Shown: positions 25,772 to 39,412, counted from the whole stretch's first letter. The stretch is DNA of 63,556 nucleotides, filler included, from Octopus bimaculoides (GCF_001194135.2; 5 parts of 5 records of this genome joined end to end with filler, not necessarily neighbours in it), one strand, 5' to 3'. Made by a program: numbers and translations. Notes: generated by a model from the sequence alone, not told the origin.

Positions 25772-26139
25772 ATATATATAGGATTTACTTTTCGTAATGA
25801 GATAAAAGACCAAGGTTGTGTATAATATAGAACATTTATAAATAGAATGTCTTACAGCTATTTCCAGGATATTTATTATATCCCTTCATCAGAGATGGTG
25901 TGAGAGGATGGTTAAGCAATAGTTAGTTTAGATAAGATAGGAAATAGAGAGTGAATGTAGGGATATTGTATTTGTAAATCCATTGTTTAGGCAGAATGGT
26001 ATACATATAAGAGCCCAATACCTTATGAGTAAAATCCAACGGTCTTTGAAATTGATCATTCCAAATACAGAGCTTATACACAGTGCTATTGAATCAAGGG
26101 TTCTGTTTAAAGTTTACAAAAAGTAAATCCTTATATATG
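25772..26139 (-). mobile_element. Non-coding PLE/retrozyme-like element with inverted terminal duplication
   Basis: Homologous to 17676-17902; GGATTTACTTTTCGTAA (25781-25797) is inverted at 26114-26130 (16/17 match). Confidence 0.7.
25850..25895 (-). ncRNA. Minimal type I hammerhead ribozyme with intact CUGAUGA/GAAA core
   Basis: TCT-CTGATGA-AGGGATA taataaa TATCCTG-GAAA-TAGCTG-TA-AGA on minus strand. Confidence 0.7.
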
Positions 26140-26262
26140 ACCTGTGTTGGACCCCTTACTCACATAATCACCAAACCTGGAGCAGAACCGTGGTCTATCC
26201 ATAGCACTTACTCAGCATTACCTGAAACCTCTGGATCTAATTGACATAACTATCGCTCATAA

Positions 26263-26310
<48 letters not shown>

Positions 26311-26898
26311 TGGTCAGCTTCATTCAGTTTCCATCAGCTAAATCCACTCACAAGGCTTTGGTTGGCCTGGGGCTATTGCAGAAAACATTTGCCCAAGATA
26401 CTGTTCAGTGGAACTGAGCTTGGAACTTTGTGGTTTAGGAACCAAGCTTCTTACTGCAGAGCCACACTTGTGCATTTTTGTTTTTTTTAATTCTTTAATT
26501 GAGAGAAAATTTCAAAAGTGAATCTGGGGATATGAATATTGTTTCTTATATAATCATCATCATCATTTAACATCTGTTTTTGATGCTGGTGTATTACAAT
26601 TCTTGCTGGAATGCAATTAATTTCAAAGAGTCACATGAAAACTTGAAATCTCAAATGATTTGCTTTTTAAACAGAGGGCATGCTTATGAGAAAATGAAAT
26701 GCAAACACACATATGTATGCATATGTGAATGCCTGCACACGCACACACATGCACACATACACACATGCACGCACGCACACACACACACACATACACACAC
26801 ACATATGTTCATATACACATTTATATATTAAGATTCACTTGAAATTTTCTTTCAATTAAAGAAATAAAAACATATATATGCACAAGTGTGAATATGAA

Positions 26899-27245
26899 GT
26901 AAGAAATTTCCTTCCCAACCACATGGTTCCAAGTTCAGTCCCACTGCGTAGTATCTTGGGCAAGCCTTGTGAGTGGATTTAATAGATGGAAACTGAATGA
27001 AGTTGGTCATGTGTGTGTATATAAATGTCTGTGTGTGTGCGTGTATTTATGTGTGTGTATGTCTTTGTGTTTGTTTCCCCACATGCCAGTTGACAACTGG
27101 TGTAAGGTACCCATGACATAGTGGTTCAGCAAAATGAGACCAATAGAATAAGTACCACACTTAGGATTGAATTGTTTGATTAAAACGTTTCAGGGCGGTA
27201 CCCCAGAATGGCTGCAAACCAATGATTAAAAAGCAAATAAAAGAA
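26899..27245 (+). mobile_element. SINE family C, diverged
   Basis: CCAACCACATGGTTCCAAGTTCAGTCCCACTGCG head through CCCCAGAATGGCTGCA tail. Confidence 0.75.
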
Positions 27246-27317
27246 TATATACCTACAAAGACGATGATCTCTCAAAGTAGATGGAACATGTAGAGGAGTG
27301 AGACCCAGGAAGATATT

Positions 27318-27699
27318 TACTCTTTTACTTGTTTCAGTCATTTGACTGTGGCCATGCTGGAGCACCGCCTTTTAGTCGAGCAAATCGACCCCAGGACTTA
27401 TTCTTTGGAAGCCTAGTACTTATTCTATCCACCTCTTTTGCCGAACCACTAAGTTACGGGGACGTAAACACACCACTATCGGTTGTGAAGCGATGCTGGG
27501 GGGGAAGGGGACAAACATACACACATACATATACGACAGGCTTCTTTCAGTTTCCGTCTATCCAAATCCACTCACAAGGCTTTGGTTGGCCCAAGGCTAT
27601 AGTAGAAGACATTTGCCCAAAGGTGACACGCAGTGGGAATGAACCCAGAACCATGTGGTTGGTAAGCAAGCTACTTGCCACACAACCACTCCTGTGCCT
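27318..27699 (-). mobile_element. SINE family C, near full length
   Basis: Collinear reverse complement of the family C consensus. Confidence 0.9.
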
Positions 27700-28045
27700 A
27701 CATGGGATAAAGTAGTGAAGGACAACCTCAGGAATCTGAAACAAACGATCGAAGTACCTAGCACCTTGCTGTACTCAAGAATACTTGTACTCCACAATAA
27801 AAGTATTGGCCTGCAAGAATCCTGTGTTGATGCAATGTAAAAAGCACTCATGCTGGTCCCACATGATAGTGCTCATGTGGCGCCATGCAAAAGCACCTAG
27901 AAAAATGGTTGGCATTAGGAAGGGTATTTAGCCATAGAAACCATGATTAAATCAGACTGGAACCTGGTGCAGCTCTTCAGGTTGCCAGCTCTGGTCAAAC
28001 CATCCAACGCATGCCAGAATGGAAAATGGTCGTTAAATGATGATG
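27700..28045 (+). mobile_element. Family D, degenerate
   Basis: Repeated GTAAAAGCAC units, GTTGGCATTAGGAAGGGTATT, CATCCAACGCATGCCAGAATGG..GTTAAATGATGATG. Confidence 0.7.
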
Positions 28046-28138
28046 GTAATGTTGTATTGAGTTCGTTTTCCTTCTGGTTGCTCTACCAAATACATACACA
28101 CATGCAAGTTATTTACTTTTGTATATATGTATATATAC

Positions 28139-28172
<34 letters not shown>

Positions 28173-28220
28173 ATCTCTCTCTCTCTCTATATATATATAT
28201 CTATCTATCTNNNNNNNNNN

Positions 28221-28257
<37 letters not shown>

Positions 28258-28631
28258 GCAGAGAGGCTAAATTGATATTTATTTTGATATTTGAATTCCT
28301 TAAGTGAATTTTGTGTGCATATCCTTGCATGTAAATTAGATTACATTATATAAGTATATTAGATTATTTATTAGACCTGTATGTAAGCATGTATGTGTGC
28401 ATAGACGTATATATACGTGTCTATATAGGCATATATATGTGTGTGTGTGTCTGTGTGTGTGTGTGTGTACACACATACACATACACTTATAAAAAAAAGC
28501 AAATACCATATTTGATATCAAATTTGTTAAAATTGAAATGAAAACGTATATTAAATTTATATTAAATTCCATGCGGGAAGTTAGCAGCAGAGAAATGTTA
28601 TTTACATATGCATTACCTTAAAGTTTGAGAG

Positions 28632-28662
<31 letters not shown>

Positions 28663-28839
28663 CGCAATGACAATAACAACAATAAATATAATAACAAAAA
28701 AATTATAAAGCTTGTAATTATTTGCAATTTTTAAAAAAAATTTAACTGAAAATTAACTTAGTTTGATATGAAAATATTTTTTATGTTGTTGCCAGGAGAG
28801 AGAAATGATTCAAAGGTTATTATTAAAAATCTGCATTAT

Positions 28840-29295
28840 CATCATCATCATCATCGTTATCTTTATCATCATAATCATAATTCTTTCATCATCAACATCA
28901 TCATCATCGTCGTCATTCTTTTCCCATCATCATCATTATCGTCATCACCACCATTATCCCCATCATCATCATCATCATCATCATCACCATTAATTCATCA
29001 TGATCATTACCACATCATCGTTGTCGTCGTCATCATTAGCGTTAACTCGTCATCATCATGTTCATTGTTGTCATCGTCATCCTCATCATGCGTAGCAGCA
29101 GTGTCAGCATCAACATCATCATCATTAACCCCATCATTTTCACTAACACTGTCATTTCATTCTCCTCCCCTTCCTCCTACTCCTTCTCCCCATTATCATC
29201 ATCAGTAACCATGTCATCGTCATCATCGTCATCATCATCATCATTATAACGAACCCCGTCATCATCTTAGTTATCATCATCATCATCATCACTGC
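28840..29295. repeat. Degenerate (CAT)n low-complexity tract
   Basis: CAT/CGT/CAC triplets; source of the His/Ile/Ser-rich spurious ORFs. Confidence 0.9.
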
Positions 29296-29555
29296 TACCA
29301 TGGCCATCATCATTGTTTCTTTGTCTTTGTTGTCACCACATGCACACACGTGCATGTGTGTGTATGTGTGTGTGTGTGTAACAGTTTCATGAGAACTTCT
29401 AATGCACCAACAGGTGCACATCCACATTCTTGAGGTACTGAGGTGTGTAACAGACTTTCTCTTTTGGGGTGTGTGAGATTGTGTTTCTATTCTACAATCA
29501 CTTTGCATTGCTGTAGGGTTTCCTTTTGTTATTTCTAGTGTTACTTTTGTTGTTG

Positions 29556-29614
<59 letters not shown>

Positions 29615-29702
29615 TAGTCTTATTTTTATCACGTGCTTTCACTGCTCTACCAGGCGCAGCTCTGTGTGCCTTGGGTATGTACTGTGGTTTCTTGTGATGC
29701 TC

Positions 29703-29987
29703 TCTTTTACTCTTTTACTTGTTTCATTCATTTGACTGTGGCCATGCTGGAGCACTGGCTTTAGTAAAGCAAATCGACCCCAGGACTTATTCTTTGTAAG
29801 CCTAGTATTTATTCTATCGGTCTCTTTTTGCCGAACCGCTAAGTTGCGGGGGACGTAAACACACCAGCATCAGTTGTCAAGTGAAGTTGGGGGGACAAAC
29901 ACAAACACACAAACACACATACATATATTTGTTTGTCTTTAGTTTCAGCTTAGAGCTGCAGCCATGCTGATGCACAGCAGTGTATGT

Positions 29988-30020
<33 letters not shown>

Positions 30021-30177
30021 CGAAGGGCTTCTTTTCAGTTTCCGTCTATCAAATCCACTCACAAGGCTTTGGTCGGCCCGAGGCTATAGTAGAGGATACT
30101 TGCTCAAGGTGCCATGCAGTGGGACTGAACCCGGAACCATGTGGTTGATAAGCAAGCTACTTACCACACAGCCACTG
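29703..30177 (-). mobile_element. SINE family C, full length with short internal insert
   Basis: Tail at 29703-29920, head at 30020-30177. Confidence 0.88.
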
Positions 30178-30193
30178 CTGCTCATTATTATTA

Positions 30194-30243
<50 letters not shown>

Positions 30244-30389
30244 CTGACTCCAAAAGGGTGAAAGAAGAAGTCAACCTCAGCAGAATTTGAACACAGAACA
30301 TAAAGATGGATGAAATGTTACTAAGCATTTTGTCCAGTGTGATAATGATTCTGCAAGCTCACTGCCTTAATAATAATGTTATGGGTGCT

Positions 30390-30640
30390 TGGTACCAACA
30401 TACACCAGAAGAGGTAATGGACGAAAAGGGGAAGGCAAAAATCGTCTGGGACTTTGACTTCCAGACAGACAAGTTATTAGAGCACTGAAGGCCAGAGACA
30501 GTAACCTTCAGGAGGGACAAACGAGAGTGCCTAATAATTGATGCGGCAGTACCAGGAGATCAGCATACCATCATGAAAGAAAGACAAAAGGTTGATAAAT
30601 AGGAAGACCTGAGAATTGAGATTGCTAAGATGTGGCAGCT
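30390..30640 (+). mobile_element. Restriction-like endonuclease (RLE) fragment of an R4/Dong-type non-LTR retrotransposon
   Basis: WYQHTPEEV..KAKIVWDFDFQTDKLLEH*RPETV..CLIIDAAVPGD..KERQKVDK*EDLRIEIAKMW, the PD-(D/E)xK RLE signature; two in-frame stops. Confidence 0.9.
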
Positions 30641-30642
30641 AC

Positions 30643-30680
<38 letters not shown>

Positions 30681-31552
30681 GGATGACTGCTCGACATCTG
30701 GCACTGGTTTGTTTACATCCCCATAACTTAGCAGTTCAGTGTAAGGGGGGTCAATAGAAAAGCACCAGGTTTAAAAAAACAGAAGAATAAATATTGTGAT
30801 CAATTTGTTTGATTAAACCTCTCGAGGCAGTGCCCCAGCATGGCCACAGTCCAATGAGTGAAACAAGTAAGAGATAAAAAGATAATGATAGCAAAAAATA
30901 GACAGACACAATTAAGTGCTAATTTAGCCAAAGTGCATAATGGAATACTAATAATAAAATGGCACAAACAGCTGCAAAAACATTAGCCTTTAGTTGAAGG
31001 TTGCAATGATTTTGCTAAGCCAATGTCTTTTGTAAAAGGCATTCTTATCTATACTGAAGCATTTTAAATGGTTCCGACCGGAACTTGAAGCCTATTTATT
31101 ACAGCCTTGGCCTTCATTACTAAATCAGTTTAGTGAAAACACATTTTCACACTGTGCCACCCACCAAATTGTAGTAGTAGTAGTAGTAGTAGCAGTAGTA
31201 GAAATGATAATGTTGATGGGGATGATAATGATGATGGTGATAGTGATTCTAGAATTTGGTTTTAACTTCTAAACTTTAAAAGAGCAGAAATAGCATAAAA
31301 AATTCACTGCTGTATATATATATATATCTATATCTATCTATCTATATATATGTGTGTGGGGGGNNNNNNNNNNNNNNNNNNNNNNNNNNNNNNNNNNNNN
31401 NNNNNNNNNNNNNNNNNNNNNNNNNNNNNNNNNNNNNNNNNNNNNNNNNNNNNNNNNNNNNNNNNNNNNNNNNNNNNNNNNNNNNNNNNNNNNNNNNNNN
31501 NNNNNNNNNNNNNNNNNNNNNNNNNNNNNNNNNNNNNNNNNNTCTATATATA

Positions 31553-32015
31553 TAGGCTGCCTCAAAAGTCACTGATGGGTTTCAATTTTTAGTAACTTCC
31601 TTAACTTTACAAATAGATGCATGAAATTTTGATACAATATAAAGGACATAATGGAAATTAATATGCAATAGTCAAATTTTGAAACACCACTACATCACAT
31701 ATGAAAAAGGACATCGCTTAAATGGCAACCATTTTCGGCTTCGCACACCTTTCCAAGACTTGCACCCTCAAGAGCTTCAGACCCCACTTCTCTGATTTCT
31801 CTTTTGATGTTCTCCTTCAGTTGCACCAGGGTCTCTGGTTTGTTGATGTAAACCCACTCGTTCGAGTATCCCCACAAGAAAAAATCTGGACTAGTCAAGT
31901 CTGGGGAACATGAAGGCCAGTTGACATTGCCATAGTGGGAGACTATTCTCTCTTCCGTAGCGACTGCATTGTTTCTCTTGTGGTATGAGAATTTACCCAA
32001 TTTTGCTGGGACCAT
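31553..32015 (-). mobile_element. 3' end of Tc1/mariner element (rosa/DD41D-like) with TIR
   Basis: IVSHYGNVNWPSCSPDLTSPDFFLWG..VYINKPETLVQLKENI..GCHLSDVLF; TIR-like TAGGCTGCCTCAAAAGT at 31553. Confidence 0.88.
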
Positions 32016-32205
32016 GTATGAGGTCTACTTTGAATGGCCTTCACACACCCCGGGACTTATTCTTTGTAAGCTGAGTACTTATTCTACTGTCCTCCGTTAC
32101 CAAATCACTAAGCTATGAGCACTTTAGTATCAGTTGTCAAGAAACGGCAGGAAGGCAAGTACAGACACACACACACACAAATATATACATATACGTATAC
32201 ATATA

Positions 32206-32850
32206 TACAGGGTATGGTGAATAAACTGTCTTCTAAATTACACAAAAATGAAAATAACACTGACGTTTCATTTTAACAGATATATTAAACCAACATTACA
32301 TAAAAATATCTTGAAATACTAAAGAATAAATTTATTCAATAAATTCGTCATTGGTTTCAACCATGGCCTCCAGACGACTTCGGAATCTCCTGCAACTTTT
32401 CTAAACAGGTCTCCTTGTTGAAGTTGGTGAATGCTGCCATAATCCTTGCCTTCAGTTCATCTTTAGTGTTGCAAGGAATTTTGTTGGTCTCATGCTCAAT
32501 TGCGCCCCACACATAATAATCAAGGGGATTGCTGTCTAGGGAGTTAGGTGGCCAGATGTTAGGAGTGATGTGGTCGCAGAAATTGTCTGACAGCCATGAC
32601 TGGGTTCTCCTGCTTGTGTGACATGGTGCAGAGCCCTGTTGCCAGACTTAGGATCTTTCATCAGCCACCCTCTTGACCCAGAGCAGCACTGCCTTCTACT
32701 TGATGTAGGTTTCCATGTTGAGTCTGAGGTCTCGTGGGAAGACAAATGGAGGCATAACGTCGCCATCACTAGTGATCACTCCAGACACCATGATGTTGAT
32801 TGGATGTTTGATTTTTATCACTCTCAGTGCAATTTCTATCACTTCTGATG
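32206..32850 (-). mobile_element. maT (DD37D) transposon 3' half with TIR
   Basis: HPINIMVSGVITSDGDVMPPF..WQQGSAPCHTS..WPPNSLDSNPLDYYVWG..CNTKDELKARI; 37 residues lie between the second catalytic position and the final D. TACAGGGTATGG end. Confidence 0.9.
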
Positions 32851-33396
32851 TAAATGCCAAGCAGTACAGCATGTTATTTCAAAATTTCTAGTAGAGTGAA
32901 TTGTGTCATGGTGCTGTTTTTCTCACAGACGGTGCCCAACTGACCCTACTATGCTGTTTATTACATGCATGTTTATGTATAACAATGTGTATAAGTGTAT
33001 GTGTGCTTGCATGTGTATGTACATGCACACACATATATAATGTATGTATGTATATATATATATGTATGTATGTATGTGTCTGTGTAGGTATGTATGTATA
33101 TATGTATATATGTAAGTATGCATGTGTATGTGTTTGTGTGTGTGTGTGCATGCACGCACATGTGTGTCTGTATGTATATAAGCAGAAGAAATAGAATAAA
33201 TGAAAAGTGTAGTGATAACAAAAGACTGAAAGGGTGAATTGGTTCACAAGATTGAGATGGGGTGAGACAAAAAGAGAGCCAAAGTACGACCATGAAAACA
33301 GAAAGTGAGGGAGAGAGAAATAATGATAGATGGTATTTGAGACAGACAGATTAGAGATGTAAAAAATAGAGAAAAAGAAATCAAGAGCAGAGAGAG

Positions 33397-33433
<37 letters not shown>

Positions 33434-33498
33434 AAGAGCGAGCAATAATGTGAGAGTGGATTAGCAAGAGAATATGGTGGACACATACATTCCTCTGC

Positions 33499-33534
<36 letters not shown>

Positions 33535-34099
33535 ATACATACATATATATATATATATATNNNNNNNNNNNNNNNNNNNNNNNNNNNNNNNNNNNNNNNN
33601 NNNNNNNNNNNNNNNNNNNNNNNNNNNNNNNNNNNNNNNNNNNNNNNNNNNNNNNNNNNNNNNNNNNNNNNNNNNNNNNNNNNNNNNNNNNNNNNNNNNN
33701 NNNNNNNNNNNNNNNNNNNNNNNNNNNNNNNNNNNNNNNNNNNNNNNNNNNNNNNNNNNNNNNNNNNNNNNNNNNNNNNNNNNNNNNNNNNNNNNNNNNN
33801 NNNNNNNNNNNNNNNNNNNNNNNNNNNNNNNNNNNNNNNNNNNNNNNNNNNNNNNNNNNNNNNNNNNNNNNNNNNNNNNTAATATATGTGTGTGCATGCA
33901 CACACACATATAAATACCCATTTTTGAATAATTTATTGGTTAATGAATTCTGCGACATTTCTCGTCTTGCATCTATTTTGGCATCATCATGCTTTAAACT
34001 GGTACACAAATTTTGTTTTATTTTAATCCTTTTAGATATAGTTCTCTATTTATCTGCTTATTTATGTGTATGTATATATATATTTTTTTTTCTTTTATT

Positions 34100-34300
34100 C
34101 TTTTACTTGTTTCAGTCATTTGACTACGGCCATGCTGCAGCACCGCCTTTAGTCGAAGAAATCGACCCCAGAGCTTATTCTTTGTAAGCCTAGTACTTAT
34201 TCTATCGTTTCTCTTTTGCCGAACTGCCAAGTTACAGGAATGTAGCCACACCAGCATCGGTTGTCAAGCGATGATGGGGAGGACAAACACAGACACACCA
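34100..34300 (-). mobile_element. SINE family C tail
   Basis: CTTTTACTTGTTTCAGTCATTTGACT..CCAGCATCGGTTGTCAAGCGATG. Confidence 0.85.
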
Positions 34301-34347
<47 letters not shown>

Positions 34348-34387
34348 TACACATATATGACGGGCTGGTGTGTGTACGTCCTTATAC

Positions 34388-34690
34388 ATCAACATTTAAT
34401 GTCTGTTTTCCATGCTGGCATGGGTTGGATGGCTTGACAGGAACTGGCAAAGCCAGAAGCCACACCAGGTTCCATAGTCTGTCTTGGCTTGGTTTCTACA
34501 GTTGGATGCTATTCCTAATGCCAACTGATTTACTGAATGTACTGGGTGCTTTTTCTGTGATACCATCACCAGTGCTTTTCATGTGGGAGCAGCACAATTG
34601 CTTTTTACATGGCACCAGCCCCAACACAAATGCTGTTTATGTGGCAACAGCACCCACATCAGTGCTTTTTATATGGCACCTTAGTTTTAG
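34388..34690 (-). mobile_element. Family D, degenerate with several internal units
   Basis: TTTAATGTCTGTTTTCCATGCTGGCATGGGTTGG; repeated GTGCTTTT..TGGCAC units. Confidence 0.7.
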
Positions 34691-35217
34691 GATCTCAATT
34701 CTGTTGTGGTGGATAGGTGTTCTTGAGTCTAGCAATGTATCATATCTCAGTCCTTACATTTATAGCAGGCACTGTATTTTAATTACCTCTGACTCTATAT
34801 CATATTAAACCACAGATCCTGATCCTATATCTTATTTAAACCAAAATCTTCTCCCCATAGAATAAAAAAAATGATACATTGCATAATATAGTTCCAAACA
34901 TATTTTCTGAAATTAAGATGGAATGATCATGGCTGGGTCCCTACGGTGATAGATCTGTCACAGTAGAACAATAGGGCATTGAGCCTTATATAGTCATTCA
35001 GCTGATTATCTGCACGTCATTAAGTTTGCTCAATCGGATCTGACTTCGGGTTATATCACAGCAACAACGATATATATTTCCTATTAACTTAATGCTTAAT
35101 GTAACGGAAGCTCTGATAGGTTCTTGCAGTTCTACGATTCAGTAAACATATGAGATGATGGAAGAAAATGAAGAGTAAAACATAAATGATGAAAATAAGA
35201 AAACATGAATACATATG

Positions 35218-35256
<39 letters not shown>

Positions 35257-35271
35257 AGAGAGAGAGAGAGA

Positions 35272-35311
<40 letters not shown>

Positions 35312-35693
35312 TGTCTTTTAGCTAGTATATTACCTAGAAAAAGTGATTTGCATGCATGCTAGAGCTCAGATATGCTTATCAATAAATAAATCAACTGCAA
35401 TATATAAAATGCACCCTTTAGGCAATGAATATATATATTCTCCGCCTTGTTTATAATTCTTGTTGCTGATGTGGTCTTTGCCATTCGTGTTGTTTTGATG
35501 CCAGTTTTCCTAACTTGGCATGTTAGGTTGAATTGGTTACGCTACGACACAATGCAGAAAGCCACATGAACATACTTATACATGCATACATGCAATACGT
35601 ACACCGCATACAAACACACACCCATACACTCTACATAACTGTTCCATACACTTTAATTATAAGTACTTTATTATTTATACACATATAATTGTG

Positions 35694-35754
<61 letters not shown>

Positions 35755-35756
<2 letters not shown>

Positions 35757-36025
35757 TGCAAGCATGGCTGTATGGTAAGAAGCTACTTCCTAACCACATG
35801 ACTCCAGGTTCAGTCCCACTTCATGGCACCTTGTGCAAGTGTCTTCTATTATAGCCTTGGGCTGACCAAAGCCTTGATAGATGGAAACTAGAAGAAGCTC
35901 ATCATATATACATATATGTGTATATATTTGTGTGTGTGTGTGTGTGTATATATTTGTTTGTGTGTCTGTATTTGTTTCTCCACCATCGCTTGACAACTGA
36001 TGCTGATGTGTTTATGTCCCCGTGA
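35755..36025 (+). mobile_element. SINE family C (5' two-thirds)
   Basis: GGTGCAAGCATGGCTGTATGGTAAG head, CCATCGCTTGACAAC middle. Confidence 0.8.
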
Positions 36026-37058
36026 CAAGAGATCAAAAACTTCTATGATGAACTTCATTAGCTTACAGCTGTTTCTGCTATAAGAAGGATTGCACTCATA
36101 GTTGTGTGCTTGTGCACCACCCTATAGCCTCATCAGAGCTTCAAAAACAACAGTCATCTAATGAAGTTTATTACATATTTTCTTGTCCCCTTATAATTTA
36201 TATAATTTCTTACACTCACACACACACACACACACACACACATATTCAGACAGACGAACAAACAGAGATAAAGAGGCAAAGAAAATGATATACATATATA
36301 TTTATACCTATATAATATGCTTAACAACTTTGTGTCATTTAAAAATAAAAGCTGCAGATTTTTGTCTGCAACAATCCCTTTATAGACGAACTGTGTCACA
36401 CAATATACTTCAGGGATTAATTTATTTATTTATTTACACTACATGTCAGCGAAGGGATTTTTCCTTGATAACAAAGTGCAGCTTCTTGTTTTTTAGAGAT
36501 ACACATACTCAAGAGTTACTTCTATTGTATAATTTCTATGTTATATATACAACTACCAAGCATGCATGTCATGTGATTTTTCATGATTTTAAATCAGAAA
36601 ATATTAGTGATTAATGACTCACTTATCAAAGAAATGGGTGTAGCTTGTGTATAATTAGTATTGATAATTACACAAGTAAACTTAGTAGTAATTAAACAAG
36701 TGAACTTAATGGTCTAGTTGCCAATGTACACACACATACACTCCTGCACAAAGACATTACTCAGAACAACAGTTAATAAAGTTTTCAGCTTACGCTAAAA
36801 AGGTTAAAACTCTTTAACATAGATTTAATACTATTTTTCTGTCCTTATTTGCACAGTTTTGAGCCATAACACATACGTGAATGTGTGTGTGTGTGTGTGT
36901 GTGCCTCACTCTTTCTCTTTTTCTTTCTCTACCTGCCTGTCATGTATATGTGTATATANNNNNNNNNNNNNNNNNNNNNNNNNNNNNNNNNNNNNNNNNN
37001 NNTTAATTAATTAANNNNNNNNNNNNNNNNNNNNNNNNNNNNNNNNNNNNNNNNNNNN

Positions 37059-37305
37059 GGCACATAAAAGACACCATTTTGAGCGTGGCCGTTGCCAGTA
37101 TCGCCTGACTGGCCTTCGTGCAGGTGACACGTAAAAGCACCTACTACACTCTCTGAGTGGTTGGCGTTAGGAAGGGCATCCAGCTGTAGAAACTCTGCCA
37201 AATTTAGATTGGAGCCTGGTGTTGCCATCCGGTTTCACCAGTCCCCAGTCAAGTCGTCCAACCCATGCTAGCATGGAAAGCGGACGTTAAATGATGATGA
37301 TGATG
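37059..37305 (+). mobile_element. Family D RTE-related SINE
   Basis: Well-preserved copy ending GGACGTTAAATGATGATGATG. Confidence 0.88.
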
Positions 37306-37428
37306 TTGTTTACTGTTTTGTTAAGGTAAGATCAACAAAAAAAGGACTTAATGCAGTGGGAGATAAATATTTAATGTACATAGTATAATGATATGAGCTA
37401 ATTTTTTGCTTGGAGATGTGGGTCTAGA

Positions 37429-37801
37429 CAGGTTTTTATAACATGCTTTGTGTCTCCATGCAATTCTCAGGCTTTGAGCACTTGGTCTATTCAGTTTGTG
37501 AATCAGGACACTGGTACAAGAGAAATCAAGAAGGTAGATGTAAAAAATGGAAAGGTGAATAAGAACGTTTTTATTCAATTTGTAAATCAGAATGCTGGTA
37601 CAAGGGAAATCACAAGAAAAATCTGAGAAGGTGGTTGCAAAAAGTGGAAGGGTGAATAAAAACACAATCTTTGCATTTGCTTTCTCCTTGTTCTTTTCTT
37701 CTGATTTCTCTTCTACTAACATCCTGATTTGTAAATTGAGTAGAATATGTGCTGAAAGCCTGAAGATTGCTTGGAGACACAAGGCATGTTATAAAAACCT
37801 G
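37429..37801. mobile_element. MITE-like fold-back element, ~53-80 bp TIRs
   Basis: 37429-37481 is inverted at 37749-37801 with about 6 mismatches; internal ~70-85 bp direct repeat. Confidence 0.75.
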
Positions 37802-37817
37802 CAAGAAACTATTGTTG

Positions 37818-37872
<55 letters not shown>

Positions 37873-39412
37873 TGCCCCACCACCACTTGACAACCAGTAT
37901 TGGTTTCTTTGTGTTTCCTTAGTGGGTTAGCAAAAGAGACCAATAGAACAGATACCAAGCTTAAAGATAAGTATTGGCCTCAATTCGTTTGACTAAACCC
38001 TTCAGTGCAGTGCCCCAGAATGGCCACAGTTCAATGACTGAAACAAGTAAAATATAAAAGATCAAGATGAATAATCAAACAAAAAAATTTAAAAAGCACA
38101 AAATAAAAATTTGCTTAAGTACCCTGTCTACAACTTTCCTGTATAAAACTGTTGTTTATGGTATAAACCTGTTATGTTGACATCAAAGAGATAATCTCTC
38201 ATTTATTTGCTCATGATAAACTGATGCTGGTCAAACATGTTGGCCAGCTTTTCAACGTGGGGGAGTGCAAAATTGTTTCTAATTGTTAAACTAACATCTT
38301 GTTCCTTGACTGAGTTGATTAACACGGTTTTATTGCATTCTTTTTTCTTTTCTTTTTTTTTTGTGCTCGTGTGTGTGTGAAAGAGAGAGAGAGAGAGAAA
38401 GAAGAAGGAGGGAGAGAGAGATGGTGGAAGGGAAAACAGGGAGGCATGGACTGTTTCTAATCTATGAGGATTTGGTCAATTGAAAAGATATTGCCAAAAA
38501 TGTGGCACAACCAAACCAAAGACCGAGAGTCCTAGATAGTTCACACACACACATACGCCAAAGGAGTTGTTAAGGATGAGAGAAAAGTGTTTTTTTAGAT
38601 AGGAATCAGTTAATCTCGAGTGACTGAGGAAAATAATTTTGGAGGTGTTGAATCAAATATATTTTACAAATAGATAAAAATACCTGTAGAGGTCTTGAAT
38701 TCATGAACAAAACTTTTATTGTGCAGTGTGTTTTGGATATTTCATTTTTGTGTTTGGTTTGCAAGATTAAACTCATGTGTTGAAACAGATTTTGTTGTAT
38801 CTCAAAAAGGTCATTATGCTAGTTCATTGATTAATTAATTTCTTGATTGATTTATTGAATGGTTAATCAAGCAACCAATTAGTTAATTGGTTAAATGATT
38901 AACTACTTTCTTTTGTTGACTTTGGCTAATTGTCATTCTAGTACTGTAAACTATACTAACCACATAATATTTCTATTTTACTGGTGTGTTTTAACCAGTG
39001 AGGCAGAAGTGAAATGAAAGGCTTTCATATAGTATTGGACGGCAAATTTATATAAAAGTTTTGTTCCTGAATTCAAGTCCACTATAGATATTTCTATCTA
39101 TTTGTGAAGTATGATTGAGTCAACATCTCCAAAATTATTTTGCTCAGACATTTGAGATAAACTGATTCCTATCTAAAAAAAGCACTTTTCTCTCATCCAT
39201 TTAATATCAAGAAATCAGAGTTCAGCATCGTTCCTTATGTCTTAGAAGGCATTCTACATCACTTTTATTTACAATTACATTATCTTATCTGAGATGTTAC
39301 TACAGTGTTTATGTTGACAAAATAAATACAATTCATTCCTTTGTCCAACTAGTAGGAAAATTAACATTAACTAGATATAAAATATATATTAGCAACAGGG
39401 GCAGTATTAATA

